Counted from the stretch's first letter, positions 7,412 through 16,954 are shown. The stretch: 64,000 bases of DNA from Vicinamibacteria bacterium (GCA_025994075.1 JAMQGV010000015.1:45091-109090), one strand, 5' to 3'. Translations and numbers: made by a program. Notes: generated by a model not told the origin, from the sequence alone.

Positions 7412-8719
7412 TCAGGCGCGCAGCCTGCCCCGGAACGCGTTCGGGCCTGCGGAGGTGATCTCCACGTCCTGTTCAGTTCCGACCCAGTCAGCGGGACCGT
7501 CGAGGTGGACCAGGCGGAAATGCATCGTCCTGCCCGACACCCTTCCCGGGCTATCGACGGTGTCGATGAGCACCCGCTCGACCTGGCCGATCCGGGCTCG
7601 GTTGCGATCCTCCTGATAGCGCTGCTGCATCCGCTGAAGCGCGTGAAGTCGCCGACGCTTCGTGTCCTCGGGAACGTCGTCCGCATGCCGGAAGGCGGTG
7701 GTGCCTGGGCGAGGCGAGTACATGAACGAGAAGATCGACTCGAAGCCGACCTTCTCGACGAGCCGAAGCGTGTCTTCGAACTCGTCCTCGGTCTCGCCGG
7801 GGTAGCCCACGATCACGTCCGTCGACAGCGCCAGATCGGGACGACGATCCCTGAGCAACCTGACCTTGTCCAGGTACTCGTCTGGCGTGTAACCCCGTCG
7901 CATGTCGGCCAGGACTCGAGGCGCACCGGACTGAACGGGCAGATGCAGGTACCCTCCGAGCTTGGGCAGATCGCGGAACGCCCGGGCCAGCCCTTCGTCC
8001 ACATGCTCGGGGTGCGACGTCGTGAACCGCAGGCGGCGCAGTCCCCCGATACCGTGCACCCGCTCGAGAAGGTCGGCGAATCCGATCCCGCCGTACCTGT
8101 ATGCGTTCACGGTTTGGCCGAGGAGCATCACCTCGCAGAAGCCCTCCTCCACCACGTGGCGGACTTCGGCCTCGATTTCTTCAGGGGTTCGGTTGACTTC
8201 CGGCCCGCGGGTCCGGGGCACCACGCAGAACGAGCAGACGTGATTGCAGCCTTCCATCACGGTGACGAACGCCCTCACGGGGTTCGAGTGGACGACGTCG
8301 CGGGCCTCGACGGCGAAGGCGTTCGCCTTTCGATCCAGTTCGAGCACCGGGCCCACACCCTCCTGACGTGAGCGCTCGAGGAGTTCGGGCAACGCGGTCA
8401 GGTTGTGCGTGCCGATCACCACGTCGACACCCGGGGCGCGCTCCAGAATCTCCTTCCCCTGGAGCTGGGCCACGCACCCTCCGACGGCTACCCGGAGCGC
8501 CTTGCGCTCCTTCTTCAGGCGTCGCAAGCGACCCACGGAGTGATAGAGCTTCTCCGCGGCCTTCTCGCGAACGGCGCAGGTGTTGACGAAGACGACGTCC
8601 GCGTCTTCTGCCCTGACGGCCTCGGCGTACCCCTCGCGGCGGAGCAGCCCCGCCACTTTCTCGGAGTCGTTGACGTTCATCTGGCAGCCGAACGTCTCGA
8701 TGAAGTAGCGCTGGCTCAT
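7412..8719 (-). CDS. miaB: tRNA-2-methylthio-N6-dimethylallyladenosine synthase (radical SAM methylthiotransferase)
   Basis: 435 aa. It starts MSQRYFIETFGCQMNVNDSE (UPF0004 domain), carries the radical-SAM cluster motif CNHVCSFCVVP, and has a C-terminal TRAM domain. Confidence 0.9.
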   Translation of the reverse strand: MSQRYFIETFGCQMNVNDSEKVAGLLRREGYAEAVRAEDADVVFVNTCAVREKAAEKLYHSVGRLRRLKKERKALRVAVGGCVAQLQGKEILERAPGVDVVIGTHNLTALPELLERSRQEGVGPVLELDRKANAFAVEARDVVHSNPVRAFVTVMEGCNHVCSFCVVPRTRGPEVNRTPEEIEAEVRHVVEEGFCEVMLLGQTVNAYRYGGIGFADLLERVHGIGGLRRLRFTTSHPEHVDEGLARAFRDLPKLGGYLHLPVQSGAPRVLADMRRGYTPDEYLDKVRLLRDRRPDLALSTDVIVGYPGETEDEFEDTLRLVEKVGFESIFSFMYSPRPGTTAFRHADDVPEDTKRRRLHALQRMQQRYQEDRNRARIGQVERVLIDTVDSPGRVSGRTMHFRLVHLDGPADWVGTEQDVEITSAGPNAFRGRLRA

Positions 8720-8767
8720 CCGGCCGAGTCTCCGCGGAAAAATTCAGTAGTCATCAAAAGGTACGAG

Positions 8768-10435
8768 TCACTCCGCGACAGCTTCGACCAGTTCGCGGGC
8801 GTGCCGACGGGCGGCCTCGGTGACCTTCTCGCCGGCCAGCATGCGGGCCAGTTCGTCGACCCGGGAGGCGCCCTCGACGCGGCGAACCTGGGTGAACGTG
8901 CGGCCAGACCGGGTTTCCTTGCTGACGCTGAGGTGGGTGTGGGCCTGGGCGGCGATCGGTGCGAGATGGGTGACGCACAGCACCTGATGACGCTGCGCCA
9001 TCGCCCGCAGGCGTCTGCCGACCACTTCCGCGACTCGCCCCCCGATGCCAGCGTCGATCTCGTCGAAAACCAGTGTGTGGCCCTGCTCGCGGATCGCGGC
9101 GGACTTCAGGGCGAGGAGGAGTCGGGACAACTCGCCGCCAGAAGCGATCTTCGCCAGGGGCCGCAGGTCTTCGCCGACGTTGGGCGCGATGAAGAACTCG
9201 GCCCGCTCGAGCCCGTGCTCGCCGGCCGTGGCCAGATCGTCGCCCGCGACCGCGAACCGGACCTCGAAGCGGGTCCCCTCCAGTGCGAGTTCGCGCAGCC
9301 CCTTCTGCATCCGGCGCTCGAGGTCGGTGGCCGCCGCACGGCGTCGGCCCGAGAGGTCGCGCCCGAGTTCGACGAAGCGACCGCGCGCCTCCGCTGCCTC
9401 GGCCGCCAGCTGCTCGCGGCGGGCCTCGGGGGCGTCGAGCTGCTGCAGTTCCCGCCGGGCGTTCTCCGCGAAGGCCAGCACCTCGTCGGCCGTGGCCCCG
9501 TACTTGCGGCGCAGCCGTTCGATCGTCGCGAGTCGCGACTCGATGGCGTCGAGCCGGCCCGGCGCCACCTGGAGGTCGTCGCGGAAGTCGCGCAATCCGT
9601 AGGCCAGGTCCTCGAGGGCCGAGGTCACGCCGACTCGCGCCTCGAGCGCCGATCCGAAGCGGGGCTCGAGCGCGGCGAGGTCCTCCACCTTGCGGTAGAT
9701 CTGGCGCAGACGCGACAGCACGGCCGCATCGTCGTCGTAGAGGGCTTCGTAGGCCTCCGCGCATAGCACCGCCAACCGATCGGCGTTGGCCACAACGGCC
9801 TTCTCGCGTTCGAGGGCCAGGTCCTCGCCCGGCTGGAGCTGGCCGCGCTCGATCTCGGCGAGCTGCTGCGCCAGGCTCTCGCGCCGGCGCTCGAGCTCGC
9901 GCCTGTCGCGCTCGAACGCCGCGCGGTCGCTCTCGGCCCGCTGCCAGCGCTGCCACGCCTGGGCGACCTCGCCCGCAAGCGCTTCCAGGTCACCGTGCTG
10001 GTCGAGCAGCGGAAGGTGCGACTCGGGATCGAGCAGCCCCTGGGGCTCGTGCTGGCCGTGAATGGCGGCGACCCGCGGCGCCAGCTCGCGGAGCAGGGCC
10101 ACCGGCACGAGCGCCCCGTTGATGGTCGCCCGGCCCCTGCCGGACGACTGGATCTCGCGGCGCAGGATCACTTCAGTCCCGTCCGCGTCGATGCCGTGAT
10201 CCTGCAGCCAGGTCGCCGCGGCGGGCAGGTCGACGATCGCCTCCACCGCGGCCCGGTTCTCGCCCGTCCGGATCAGGTCCCCGCCGCCGCGCCCCCCGAG
10301 CACGAGCCCGAGTGCGTCGAGCAGGATCGACTTGCCCGCCCCCGTTTCACCCGACAACACCGTGAGCCCCGGCCCGAGCTCGAGCTCGACGCCGGAAGCA
10401 AGGGCGATGTTGTTGATCCGCAGGAACTTGATCAC
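8768..10435 (-). CDS. recN: DNA repair protein RecN
   Basis: 555 aa. It has the N-terminal Walker A motif GETGAGKSILLDAL, a long coiled-coil centre, and C-terminal SGGELSRLLLAL and LVFDEIDAGIGG motifs. The start is GTG. Confidence 0.92.
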   Translation of the reverse strand: MIKFLRINNIALASGVELELGPGLTVLSGETGAGKSILLDALGLVLGGRGGGDLIRTGENRAAVEAIVDLPAAATWLQDHGIDADGTEVILRREIQSSGRGRATINGALVPVALLRELAPRVAAIHGQHEPQGLLDPESHLPLLDQHGDLEALAGEVAQAWQRWQRAESDRAAFERDRRELERRRESLAQQLAEIERGQLQPGEDLALEREKAVVANADRLAVLCAEAYEALYDDDAAVLSRLRQIYRKVEDLAALEPRFGSALEARVGVTSALEDLAYGLRDFRDDLQVAPGRLDAIESRLATIERLRRKYGATADEVLAFAENARRELQQLDAPEARREQLAAEAAEARGRFVELGRDLSGRRRAAATDLERRMQKGLRELALEGTRFEVRFAVAGDDLATAGEHGLERAEFFIAPNVGEDLRPLAKIASGGELSRLLLALKSAAIREQGHTLVFDEIDAGIGGRVAEVVGRRLRAMAQRHQVLCVTHLAPIAAQAHTHLSVSKETRSGRTFTQVRRVEGASRVDELARMLAGEKVTEAARRHARELVEAVAE

Positions 10436-10585
10436 GATCGCGCCCGCGCAAGACCACCGGCATCATCGATGTAACTCATTAAATAACAAGCACTTAGGAC
10501 GACAATAGCGCGTCGGCTCCGGGGGGCCTGACCGTTGACACCCCCTAGGGCTTGTGGCATCCTGCGCTGGCAGCGCAATTTAGAG

Positions 10586-11317
10586 GTGATCACCCTGCTT
10601 TCTTCCACCCTGTTGGCCCAGGCGGGCGGCACGGCGTTCTCCGGCGGCGTGTTCGGCCTGATCCGGGACAGCGGGCCGGTCGCGATCGCGGTCCTGCTGA
10701 CCCTTCTGCTGTTTTCCTTCGTGTCGTGGGCGATCATCGTCTACAAGGGCCTCGCGCTCCGCCAAGCCTACCAGCACTCCGAAACCTTCCTCGAGATCTT
10801 CCGCAAGAGCGCCAAGTTCTCCGAGGTGCACTCCGTCTGCGTCCAGCTCAAGGCCAGCCCGCTGGTCGGCGTGTTCCAGGCCGGCTACCAGGAGGTCAAC
10901 CAGCAGGTCCGCGCCGGCCAGGCCCCGGCAGCGGCGGCGCAGCGACCGGTCGTGAAGAGCCTCGAGTCGCTGACCCGCGCGCTGATCCGGGCGGCCACCG
11001 CCGAGACCACGCGGCTCGAGCGGCGCCTGAGTTTCCTCGCGACCACTGCCGCCGTGTGTCCGTTCGTCGGCCTGTTCGGCACGACGTGGGGCATCATGAA
11101 CGCCTTCGCCGACATCGGACTGCAGGGCTCGGCGAACCTCGCGGTGGTCGCCCCGGGCATCTCCGAGGCACTGATCACGACGGCCACGGGCCTCGCGGCG
11201 GCGATCCCCGCCGCCGTCGCCTACAACTACTTCGCCAGCCGCGTCCGGGTCCTGACCGCGATGGTCGACGACTTCGCGCTCGAGTTCCTCAACATCGTCG
11301 AGCGGAACTTCACGTAG
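10586..11317 (+). CDS. tolQ: MotA/TolQ/ExbB proton-channel protein (TolQ by context)
   Basis: The C-terminal motif LATTAAVCPFVGLFGTTWGIMNAF...APGISEALITTATGLAAAIPA is present, and it is followed by tolR-tolA-tolB-pal. The track start is a TTG at 10535, inside a TTGACA hexamer. I prefer the in-frame GTG at 10586, but the start is uncertain. Confidence 0.85.
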   Translation: MITLLSSTLLAQAGGTAFSGGVFGLIRDSGPVAIAVLLTLLLFSFVSWAIIVYKGLALRQAYQHSETFLEIFRKSAKFSEVHSVCVQLKASPLVGVFQAGYQEVNQQVRAGQAPAAAAQRPVVKSLESLTRALIRAATAETTRLERRLSFLATTAAVCPFVGLFGTTWGIMNAFADIGLQGSANLAVVAPGISEALITTATGLAAAIPAAVAYNYFASRVRVLTAMVDDFALEFLNIVERNFT

Positions 11318-11791
11318 GTGGCGATCGGGACGGGCGGCGGAGGCGGCGGCGGGCGCGCGGGGGCGCTCTACTCCGGGTTCCGCTCCAAGCGCGGCCTGAC
11401 CCAGTTGGGCGAGATCAACATCACGCCGCTGGTCGACGTGGTGCTGGTGCTGCTGCTCGTCTTCATGGTGACGGCCCCGATGATGAGCCGCGGCATCGAC
11501 GTCTCGCTGCCCGTCGCAGGCCTCAAGGACCCGCAGCCGGAGGACCGCATCACCGTGTCGATCAACGCCGAGGGCCGGGTCTATCTCGGCGACCGCCCGA
11601 TCGTGCTCGAGCTCCTCGAGGACGAGTTGCGCGGGCGCATGCAGGGCGTCGGCCAGCGCATCGCCTACCTGCGCGCCGACGAGCGCCTCGCTTACGGCCG
11701 CGTGATCGAGGTGGTCGACCGGATGAAGCGCGCGGGCGTCGAAAGCATCGGGTTCGTGTACGAGTTGCCGGAGGAGAAGGCCAGCCGGTGA
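11318..11791 (+). CDS. tolR: ExbD/TolR biopolymer transport protein
   Basis: 157 aa. The sequence EINITPLVDVVLVLLLVFMVTAP is the conserved Asp-containing TM helix. The GTG start immediately follows the tolQ stop. Confidence 0.88.
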   Translation: MAIGTGGGGGGGRAGALYSGFRSKRGLTQLGEINITPLVDVVLVLLLVFMVTAPMMSRGIDVSLPVAGLKDPQPEDRITVSINAEGRVYLGDRPIVLELLEDELRGRMQGVGQRIAYLRADERLAYGRVIEVVDRMKRAGVESIGFVYELPEEKASR

Positions 11792-12597
11792 AGGACGCCG
11801 TCGACAGCGTGATCGCCGAGCGCGCGCGACTCGACCGGGGTTTCCCGGCGGGCGTCGTGGTGTCCGTGGCCGGCCACCTGCTCCTGGCGGGCGTCGCCTT
11901 CGCGCTGCCGATCCTGATGCCGGCCAAGCCGAAACTGCAGGTGGCGGTGGGCATCGTGGTGCCGATCCCGCGCGGCGGCGGGGGCAGCCCGACGGCCGGC
12001 GAGCCGGATGCCGGGGTCCAGCAGCCGCAACCGCCGGTCACCCAGCCGCCTGCGCCCGAGCGGCCGAAGCCGGAGCCGCCCAAGGTCGTCAAGCCGCCGA
12101 AGGAGGAGCCGCGCAAGGGCCTCGCCGACCCGAAGGCCGACAAGAAGAAGAGCCGGGCGAAGAAGCCCGAGCCGCGACGCCCGGTCGCGTCGAACACCTC
12201 GAAGACCACGACGTCGAAGAAGCCCGCCGGCACCGGCGCCGCGACGCAGAGCCCGGCGAGCGCGACGCCAGGCGTCGGGCTCGGCCCCGTCGGCCCGGGC
12301 CTGCCCGGCGGCACGGCGCAGACCGGCGACTGGTACCTCGCCAGCGTCCAGCAGAAGGTCTGGATGATCTGGAACCAGCAGATCCGCACGGGCGCCTACC
12401 CGCCGGTGACCGTGCGCTTCACCATCCTCGCCGACGGCAACGTGACCGGCGTCGAGGTCGTCCAGTCGAGCGGCCAGTACATGCTCGACCAGGCCGCGCA
12501 GCGGGCGATCCTCACCGCTGCGCCTTTCCAGCCGCTGCCCAGGAGCTATGACACGAAGGCCTTCACTCTCCAGGCCGTCTTCCAGCCGGTCGGCTAG
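11788..12597 (+). CDS. tolA: TolA/TonB-type energy-transducer protein
   Basis: The GTG start overlaps the tolR stop (GTGA). It has an N-terminal TM helix (VVVSVAGHLLLAGVAFALPIL), a Pro/Lys-rich linker (PPAPERPKPEPPKVVKPPKEEPRK), and a TonB_C-like C-terminus (VRFTILADGNVTGVEVVQSSG...LDQAAQRAI). It lies inside the last third of track ORF 10552..12597. Confidence 0.8.
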   Translation: MKDAVDSVIAERARLDRGFPAGVVVSVAGHLLLAGVAFALPILMPAKPKLQVAVGIVVPIPRGGGGSPTAGEPDAGVQQPQPPVTQPPAPERPKPEPPKVVKPPKEEPRKGLADPKADKKKSRAKKPEPRRPVASNTSKTTTSKKPAGTGAATQSPASATPGVGLGPVGPGLPGGTAQTGDWYLASVQQKVWMIWNQQIRTGAYPPVTVRFTILADGNVTGVEVVQSSGQYMLDQAAQRAILTAAPFQPLPRSYDTKAFTLQAVFQPVG

Positions 12598-13939
12598 GCC
12601 GCTCGCCGCAGCGCTCGGCGCGGGCCTCGCGTTCCTCCTGGCCGCGTCGGGGGCGTCCCCGCTGCAGGCGGCGCCCCAGGCCCCCCCGGCGGGAACGCCG
12701 ACCATCGTCATCGGCGGCCCCCAGGCCCCGCGCGTCGCGATCGCCGACTGCGTGCCGCGGCGCGAGGACCCGGAGCTGCGCGCGGCCTGCGGCACGATCG
12801 GCCAGGTGCTGCGCGCCGACCTGCGCTTCGAGGGCCTGTTCCAGTTCGTGCCCGACAGCCTGCTGCGCGCGATCCCGCCCCTGAACCCGGACGCTCCGAA
12901 CATGGAGGACTGGAAGTCGATCGGGGCCGGGGTGCTGGTGGTGACCCGCGTCGACGGCTCGGCCGCGGAACTTTCCGTCGATCTGCGCGTGTTCTTCGTG
13001 GAGAGCGGGCAGGTGATGCTGGCGAAGCGCTACGCCGGCCCGGCGAAGAACCCGCGCGTGTTCGCCCACCAGGCCTCGGACGACATCGTGGCGCTGACCC
13101 AGAACCGAGGGGTCGCCCGCACCAGGATCGCCTTCTCCTCCGACCGCGACGCCAGCCGCGAGCGCCGCTCGAAGGAGATCTACATCATGGACTACGACGG
13201 CCACAACCCGCGCCGGGTGACCGTCAACAACTCGCTCAACATCCTGCCGGCCTGGTCCCCGGACGGCCAGGCGCTGGCCTACGTCTCCTACCGCCAGGGC
13301 CGGCCGCTCGTCTTCCTGTCGCGCATCTACCAGGGCACGAACACGCCGAACCTGACCGGCGAGAACGAGTCGAGCCAGGCCTTCGCGCCGACGTTCAGCC
13401 CCGACGGGAGCCGCATCGCGTGGGCCAGCAACCGCAGCGGCAACATGGAGGTGTGGGTCGCCAACGCCGACGGCTCGGGCGCCCACGCCGTCACCCGCAG
13501 CGCGGCCTCGGACACGGCTCCCACCTGGAGCCCGACCGGGCGCGAGATCGCGTTCACGTCGAACCGGGGCGGGACGCCGCAGATCTACGTCATGGACGCC
13601 GAGGGCCTCAACGTGCGGCGGCTGTCGACCGTCGGCAACTACAACGACGCGCCCGCCTGGAACCCCGCTCGTCAGTTCCTCGAGGTGGCCTTCACGTCGC
13701 GGCTCGACGGCCAGTTCCAAATCGCGATCGTCGACCTCGCCACGGGCCAGACCCGCCAGATCACCGAGAACCGCGGCTCCTGCGAGTACCCGACATGGGC
13801 GCCGTCGGGCCGCCATCTCGCCTTCTCCTGCCAGCGCGGCGGCACGTGGCAGATTCACGTCGCGGACCGCGAGGGGCGCACCGTGCAACCGCTTCAGGCC
13901 GGGCCGGGCAACAACGTCCAGCCCGACTGGAGCAACTGA
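12548..13939 (+). CDS. tolB: Tol-Pal system beta-propeller protein TolB
   Basis: 463 aa. It has a signal peptide and repeated PxWSPDG-type blades (PAWSPDGQALAYVS, PTFSPDGSRIAWAS, PTWSPTGREIAFTS, PTWAPSGRHLAFS). This is the only canonical start in frame, and it overlaps tolA by 50 nt. Confidence 0.9.
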   Translation: MTRRPSLSRPSSSRSARPLAAALGAGLAFLLAASGASPLQAAPQAPPAGTPTIVIGGPQAPRVAIADCVPRREDPELRAACGTIGQVLRADLRFEGLFQFVPDSLLRAIPPLNPDAPNMEDWKSIGAGVLVVTRVDGSAAELSVDLRVFFVESGQVMLAKRYAGPAKNPRVFAHQASDDIVALTQNRGVARTRIAFSSDRDASRERRSKEIYIMDYDGHNPRRVTVNNSLNILPAWSPDGQALAYVSYRQGRPLVFLSRIYQGTNTPNLTGENESSQAFAPTFSPDGSRIAWASNRSGNMEVWVANADGSGAHAVTRSAASDTAPTWSPTGREIAFTSNRGGTPQIYVMDAEGLNVRRLSTVGNYNDAPAWNPARQFLEVAFTSRLDGQFQIAIVDLATGQTRQITENRGSCEYPTWAPSGRHLAFSCQRGGTWQIHVADREGRTVQPLQAGPGNNVQPDWSN

Positions 13940-13953
13940 GGAGCGAACTGCCG

Positions 13954-14532
13954 ATGCCCGTCCGACGTCTCCCCCTGCTCGCGGTCGCCGTCCTGGCCGC
14001 GCTCGCGATGGCCTGCGGCGGCAGCACGAAGCGACCGCCCGCGATCACCCAGGGCGCTCCCCCGCCGCCCGGGCCCGGCCCCGGCGACTACGGCGGCCCG
14101 CGGCCGCAGCCCGTCGACTCGGGTCCCGACGTCGTCCCCCTGGGCGGAGAGGGGCTCAGTTCCTCGGACTTCGACGTCTCGGGCGAAGACGGCGAGGGCG
14201 GCCCGCTCGCCGACGTGCTGTTCGGCTACGACCAGGCCGACCTGTCCGACGAGGCGCGCGCCCTGGTCGAGCGCCACGCCGTGTGGCTGCAGGCGCATCG
14301 CGAAGCCAAGGTGACGATCGAGGGCCACTGCGACGAGCGCGGCACGGTCGAGTACAACCTGGCGCTCGGCGAGTTGCGCGCGAAGGCCGTGCGCGACCTG
14401 CTGGTCAGCCTCGGGGTGGACGGATCGCGCCTTCGCGTCGTCTCCTACGGCAAGGAACGTCCCCTCGACCCGGGGAACAACGAGAGCGCCTGGGCGCGCA
14501 ACCGGCGGGCCCACCTGGCCGTCCGGCGCTGA
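13954..14532 (+). CDS. pal: Peptidoglycan-associated lipoprotein Pal (OmpA-like domain)
   Basis: It has a lipobox (LAALAMAC) and OmpA-family motifs (VLFGYDQADLSDEA, TIEGHCDERGTVEYNLALGELRA, NRRAHL). It lies in-frame within track ORF 13420..14532. Confidence 0.9.
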   Translation: MPVRRLPLLAVAVLAALAMACGGSTKRPPAITQGAPPPPGPGPGDYGGPRPQPVDSGPDVVPLGGEGLSSSDFDVSGEDGEGGPLADVLFGYDQADLSDEARALVERHAVWLQAHREAKVTIEGHCDERGTVEYNLALGELRAKAVRDLLVSLGVDGSRLRVVSYGKERPLDPGNNESAWARNRRAHLAVRR

Positions 14533-14588
14533 CCCCAGACCCGGGCCCGGACCTGCCGCGGCCCGCCGGCTTCTTATCCTTGCGCCGC

Positions 14589-15395
14589 ATGAACGACGCG
14601 GCGCGCCCGATCGAGGAGGTTCCCGTGATCCGTCGCACCGTCGGCGTCGTCCTGCTGGCCGCGCTGTGGGCCTGGCCCGCGCTGGCCCAGAAGCAGGAGG
14701 TCCAGCGCCTGCAGGTCCAGGTGGCCACGCTCCAGGTCCAGATCTCCGACCTGCTGCGCCTCGGCCAGGAGAACCAGCGCGAGATCAAGCGCCTCAACGA
14801 GGCGCTGGCCGAGCAGACCCAGCTCGTGCGCAAGCTGGTCCAGGACCAGCGCCTGCAGATGGAGGCGCTGCAGACGGCGACCCGCGAGAACGGCGAGCGC
14901 CTCGCGGAGCTCTCCGAGCGGGTCCAGGGCGCCGCCCTGCCTCCCGTCGGCTACGCGCCCGCAGCGTCGGGGAGCCCTGGTGAAGCGCCGGCTCCCGGCG
15001 TACCGCCCGCGGCGGCCGCACCGCCCCCGCGCGAGCTCTACACGCAGGCCTACGCCGACTACGCGCGCGGCAACTACGACCTGGCGATCCAGGGCTTCCA
15101 GGAGTACCTGCGCAACTACGCGGGCACGGACTTCGCCGACAACGCGCAGTACTGGATCGGCGAGTGCCTCTACGGCAAGCTCAAGTACGAAGAGGCGATC
15201 GAGGCGTGGAACGTGCTGCTCCGCGACTACGCCGCCAGCGACAAGCTGCCCGACGCGCGGGTCAAGAAGGGCATGGCCCTCGAGAAGCTCGGCCGGCGCT
15301 CGCAGGCGCAGCTCGAGTACCGCTTCGTCGTCGAGCGCTTCCCCAATTCCCCGGCCGCGCGCATCGCGCGCGAGAAGCTCAACCCCCAGCAGTAA
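14589..15395 (+). CDS. cpoB: Tol-Pal system protein YbgF/CpoB (coiled coil plus TPR)
   Basis: It has a signal peptide, a coiled coil (QRLQVQVATLQVQISDLLRL...), and a TPR-like C-terminus (YTQAYADYARGNYDLAIQGFQEYLRNYAGTDFADNAQYWIGEC). It is the last gene of the tol-pal cluster. Confidence 0.85.
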   Translation: MNDAARPIEEVPVIRRTVGVVLLAALWAWPALAQKQEVQRLQVQVATLQVQISDLLRLGQENQREIKRLNEALAEQTQLVRKLVQDQRLQMEALQTATRENGERLAELSERVQGAALPPVGYAPAASGSPGEAPAPGVPPAAAAPPPRELYTQAYADYARGNYDLAIQGFQEYLRNYAGTDFADNAQYWIGECLYGKLKYEEAIEAWNVLLRDYAASDKLPDARVKKGMALEKLGRRSQAQLEYRFVVERFPNSPAARIAREKLNPQQ

Positions 15396-15416
15396 GGCTT
15401 TCGCGAAGGAGATCGC

Positions 15417-15863
15417 ATGGCCAGCGTCAACAAGGTGATCCTGATCGGCAACCTCGGGCGGGACCCCGAGATCCGCTACACCCAGGGCGGCGAGCCGATC
15501 GCCAACTTCTCGCTCGCCACCAGCGAGCGCTGGACCGACCGACAGGGCCAGAAGCAGGAGAAGACCCAGTGGCACCGGGTGGAGGTCTTCGGCAAGACCG
15601 CCCAGATCGTCAAGGACTACCTGTCGAAGGGCCGCCCCGTCTACATCGAGGGCAGCATCAACTACGACGAGTGGACGGACAAGGACGGCAACAAGCGCAA
15701 CACGACCCGCATCCGCGTCTCCGGCCCCGGCTCGCGGCTGGTGCTGCTCGGATCGCGCGGTGACGGCGGCGGAGGCGGCGGCGCGCGCTCGAGCGGCCCC
15801 GACGAGGGCCCGCCGACGGGCAGCGACGACTTCGTGCCCGGCGACGAGGACGTTCCGTTCTAG
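15417..15863 (+). CDS. ssb: Single-stranded DNA-binding protein
   Basis: 148 aa. It starts MASVNKVILIGNLGRDPEIRYT, has a Gly-rich linker, and ends in the acidic tail DDFVPGDEDVPF. Confidence 0.93.
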   Translation: MASVNKVILIGNLGRDPEIRYTQGGEPIANFSLATSERWTDRQGQKQEKTQWHRVEVFGKTAQIVKDYLSKGRPVYIEGSINYDEWTDKDGNKRNTTRIRVSGPGSRLVLLGSRGDGGGGGGARSSGPDEGPPTGSDDFVPGDEDVPF

Positions 15864-15895
15864 CCGCCGACTCCGTCCCGGAGCCCGCCGCGGGC

Positions 15896-16954
15896 CTGCT
15901 CTCGCTGGCCCGCTGGCGGGCTCCGCACGTCTGCACTCAGGCCGAGGTCGCGGCCCGGGTCGAGGCCTGGCTGTCCGAAGCGGAGACCCCGGCCGTGGCG
16001 CGGCGGCTGGTCCGGGTCTATGCCGCGGCGGGCGTCGAGACCCGCGGGTCGGCCCTGTCCCTCGACGACGTCTTCGCGGGCGGCGACTTCGAGTCGCGCA
16101 ACGACGCCTACCAGGCGGCGATGATCGGGGCCGCGATCGACGTCGCGGGCCGGGCGCTCGAAGGCGCGGCGATCAGCCCCGCCGAGATCGGCCTCGTCAC
16201 CAGCGTCTCCTGCACGGGGTTCATGATCCCTGCCGTCGACGCCCACGTCGCCAACGCGCTCGGGCTCGGCCCGTCGCTCGCCCGCCTGCCGATCACGCAG
16301 GCGGGCTGCGCGGGCGGCGCCGTCGGCCTCGCCCGCAGCGCCGACTTCCTGGCCGCCCATCCCGCCTCGGCCGCGCTGCTGATCGCCGCCGAGTTCCCCA
16401 GCCTGACCTTCCAGCGCTGGGATCGCTCGCCGACCAACGTCGTCTCGACTGCGCTCTTCGGAGACGGCGCCGCGGCGGCGGTGCTGGTGGGACGGTCTCA
16501 CCCGGCGTTCGGACGGACGAGCGTGCACTGGGACGGCGCGGCGTCGCAGTTCTTTCCGGACTCGCTGCCCCTGATGGGCTTCCGGCTGCGCAACGCGGGC
16601 CTGCAGATCGTGCTCGACAAGGCGCTGGGACCGTTCGTGCGCCGACACGCGGGCGCTGCGCTCGACACCTTCCTCGCGCGACGGCGCGTCGACCGCGCGG
16701 CACTCACCCGCTTCGCGCTGCACCCCGGCGGGCGCAAGGTGATCGAGGCCCTGGCGGCCTCGTGGGTCCTCGGCGACGCGGAACTGGGGCCCACCCGCCG
16801 GGTCCTGCGCTCGCACGGCAACATGAGCTCGGTCACCGTCTTGCACGTGCTCGACGAGGTGCTGGCCGAGGGCCCGCTCCCGGGTGAACGCGGGCTGCTC
16901 GCGGCCTTCGGGCCGGGTTTCGGGGCCGAACTCGCGCTGCTCCGCTTCGCGTGA
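15896..16954 (+). CDS. Type III polyketide synthase (chalcone/stilbene synthase superfamily)
   Basis: The catalytic Cys (VSCTGFMIP), His (FALHPGGRKV) and Asn (HGNMSSVTVL) are all present. The track ORF starts at the GTG at 15995. However, about 33 in-frame upstream codons (LLSLARWRAPHVCTQAEVAARVEAWLSEAETPA) look like the normal N-terminus. The only plausible initiator there is the CTG at 15896. Confidence 0.8.
   Translation: MLSLARWRAPHVCTQAEVAARVEAWLSEAETPAVARRLVRVYAAAGVETRGSALSLDDVFAGGDFESRNDAYQAAMIGAAIDVAGRALEGAAISPAEIGLVTSVSCTGFMIPAVDAHVANALGLGPSLARLPITQAGCAGGAVGLARSADFLAAHPASAALLIAAEFPSLTFQRWDRSPTNVVSTALFGDGAAAAVLVGRSHPAFGRTSVHWDGAASQFFPDSLPLMGFRLRNAGLQIVLDKALGPFVRRHAGAALDTFLARRRVDRAALTRFALHPGGRKVIEALAASWVLGDAELGPTRRVLRSHGNMSSVTVLHVLDEVLAEGPLPGERGLLAAFGPGFGAELALLRFA

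Noticed and set aside
10553-10575. The TGGCAT...GCTGGCA sequence upstream of tolQ as a possible sigma-54 promoter
   Set aside because: The sequence is TGGCATcctgcGCTGG. The -12 element does not match TTGC at the required spacing (TGGCAC-N5-TTGC).
11940-12310. Repetitive Pro/Lys/Ala-rich stretch that might look like a tandem repeat or an array
   Set aside because: It is the proline-rich periplasm-spanning linker of the TolA/TonB-like protein. It shows amino-acid-level low complexity but no regular DNA repeat-spacer periodicity.
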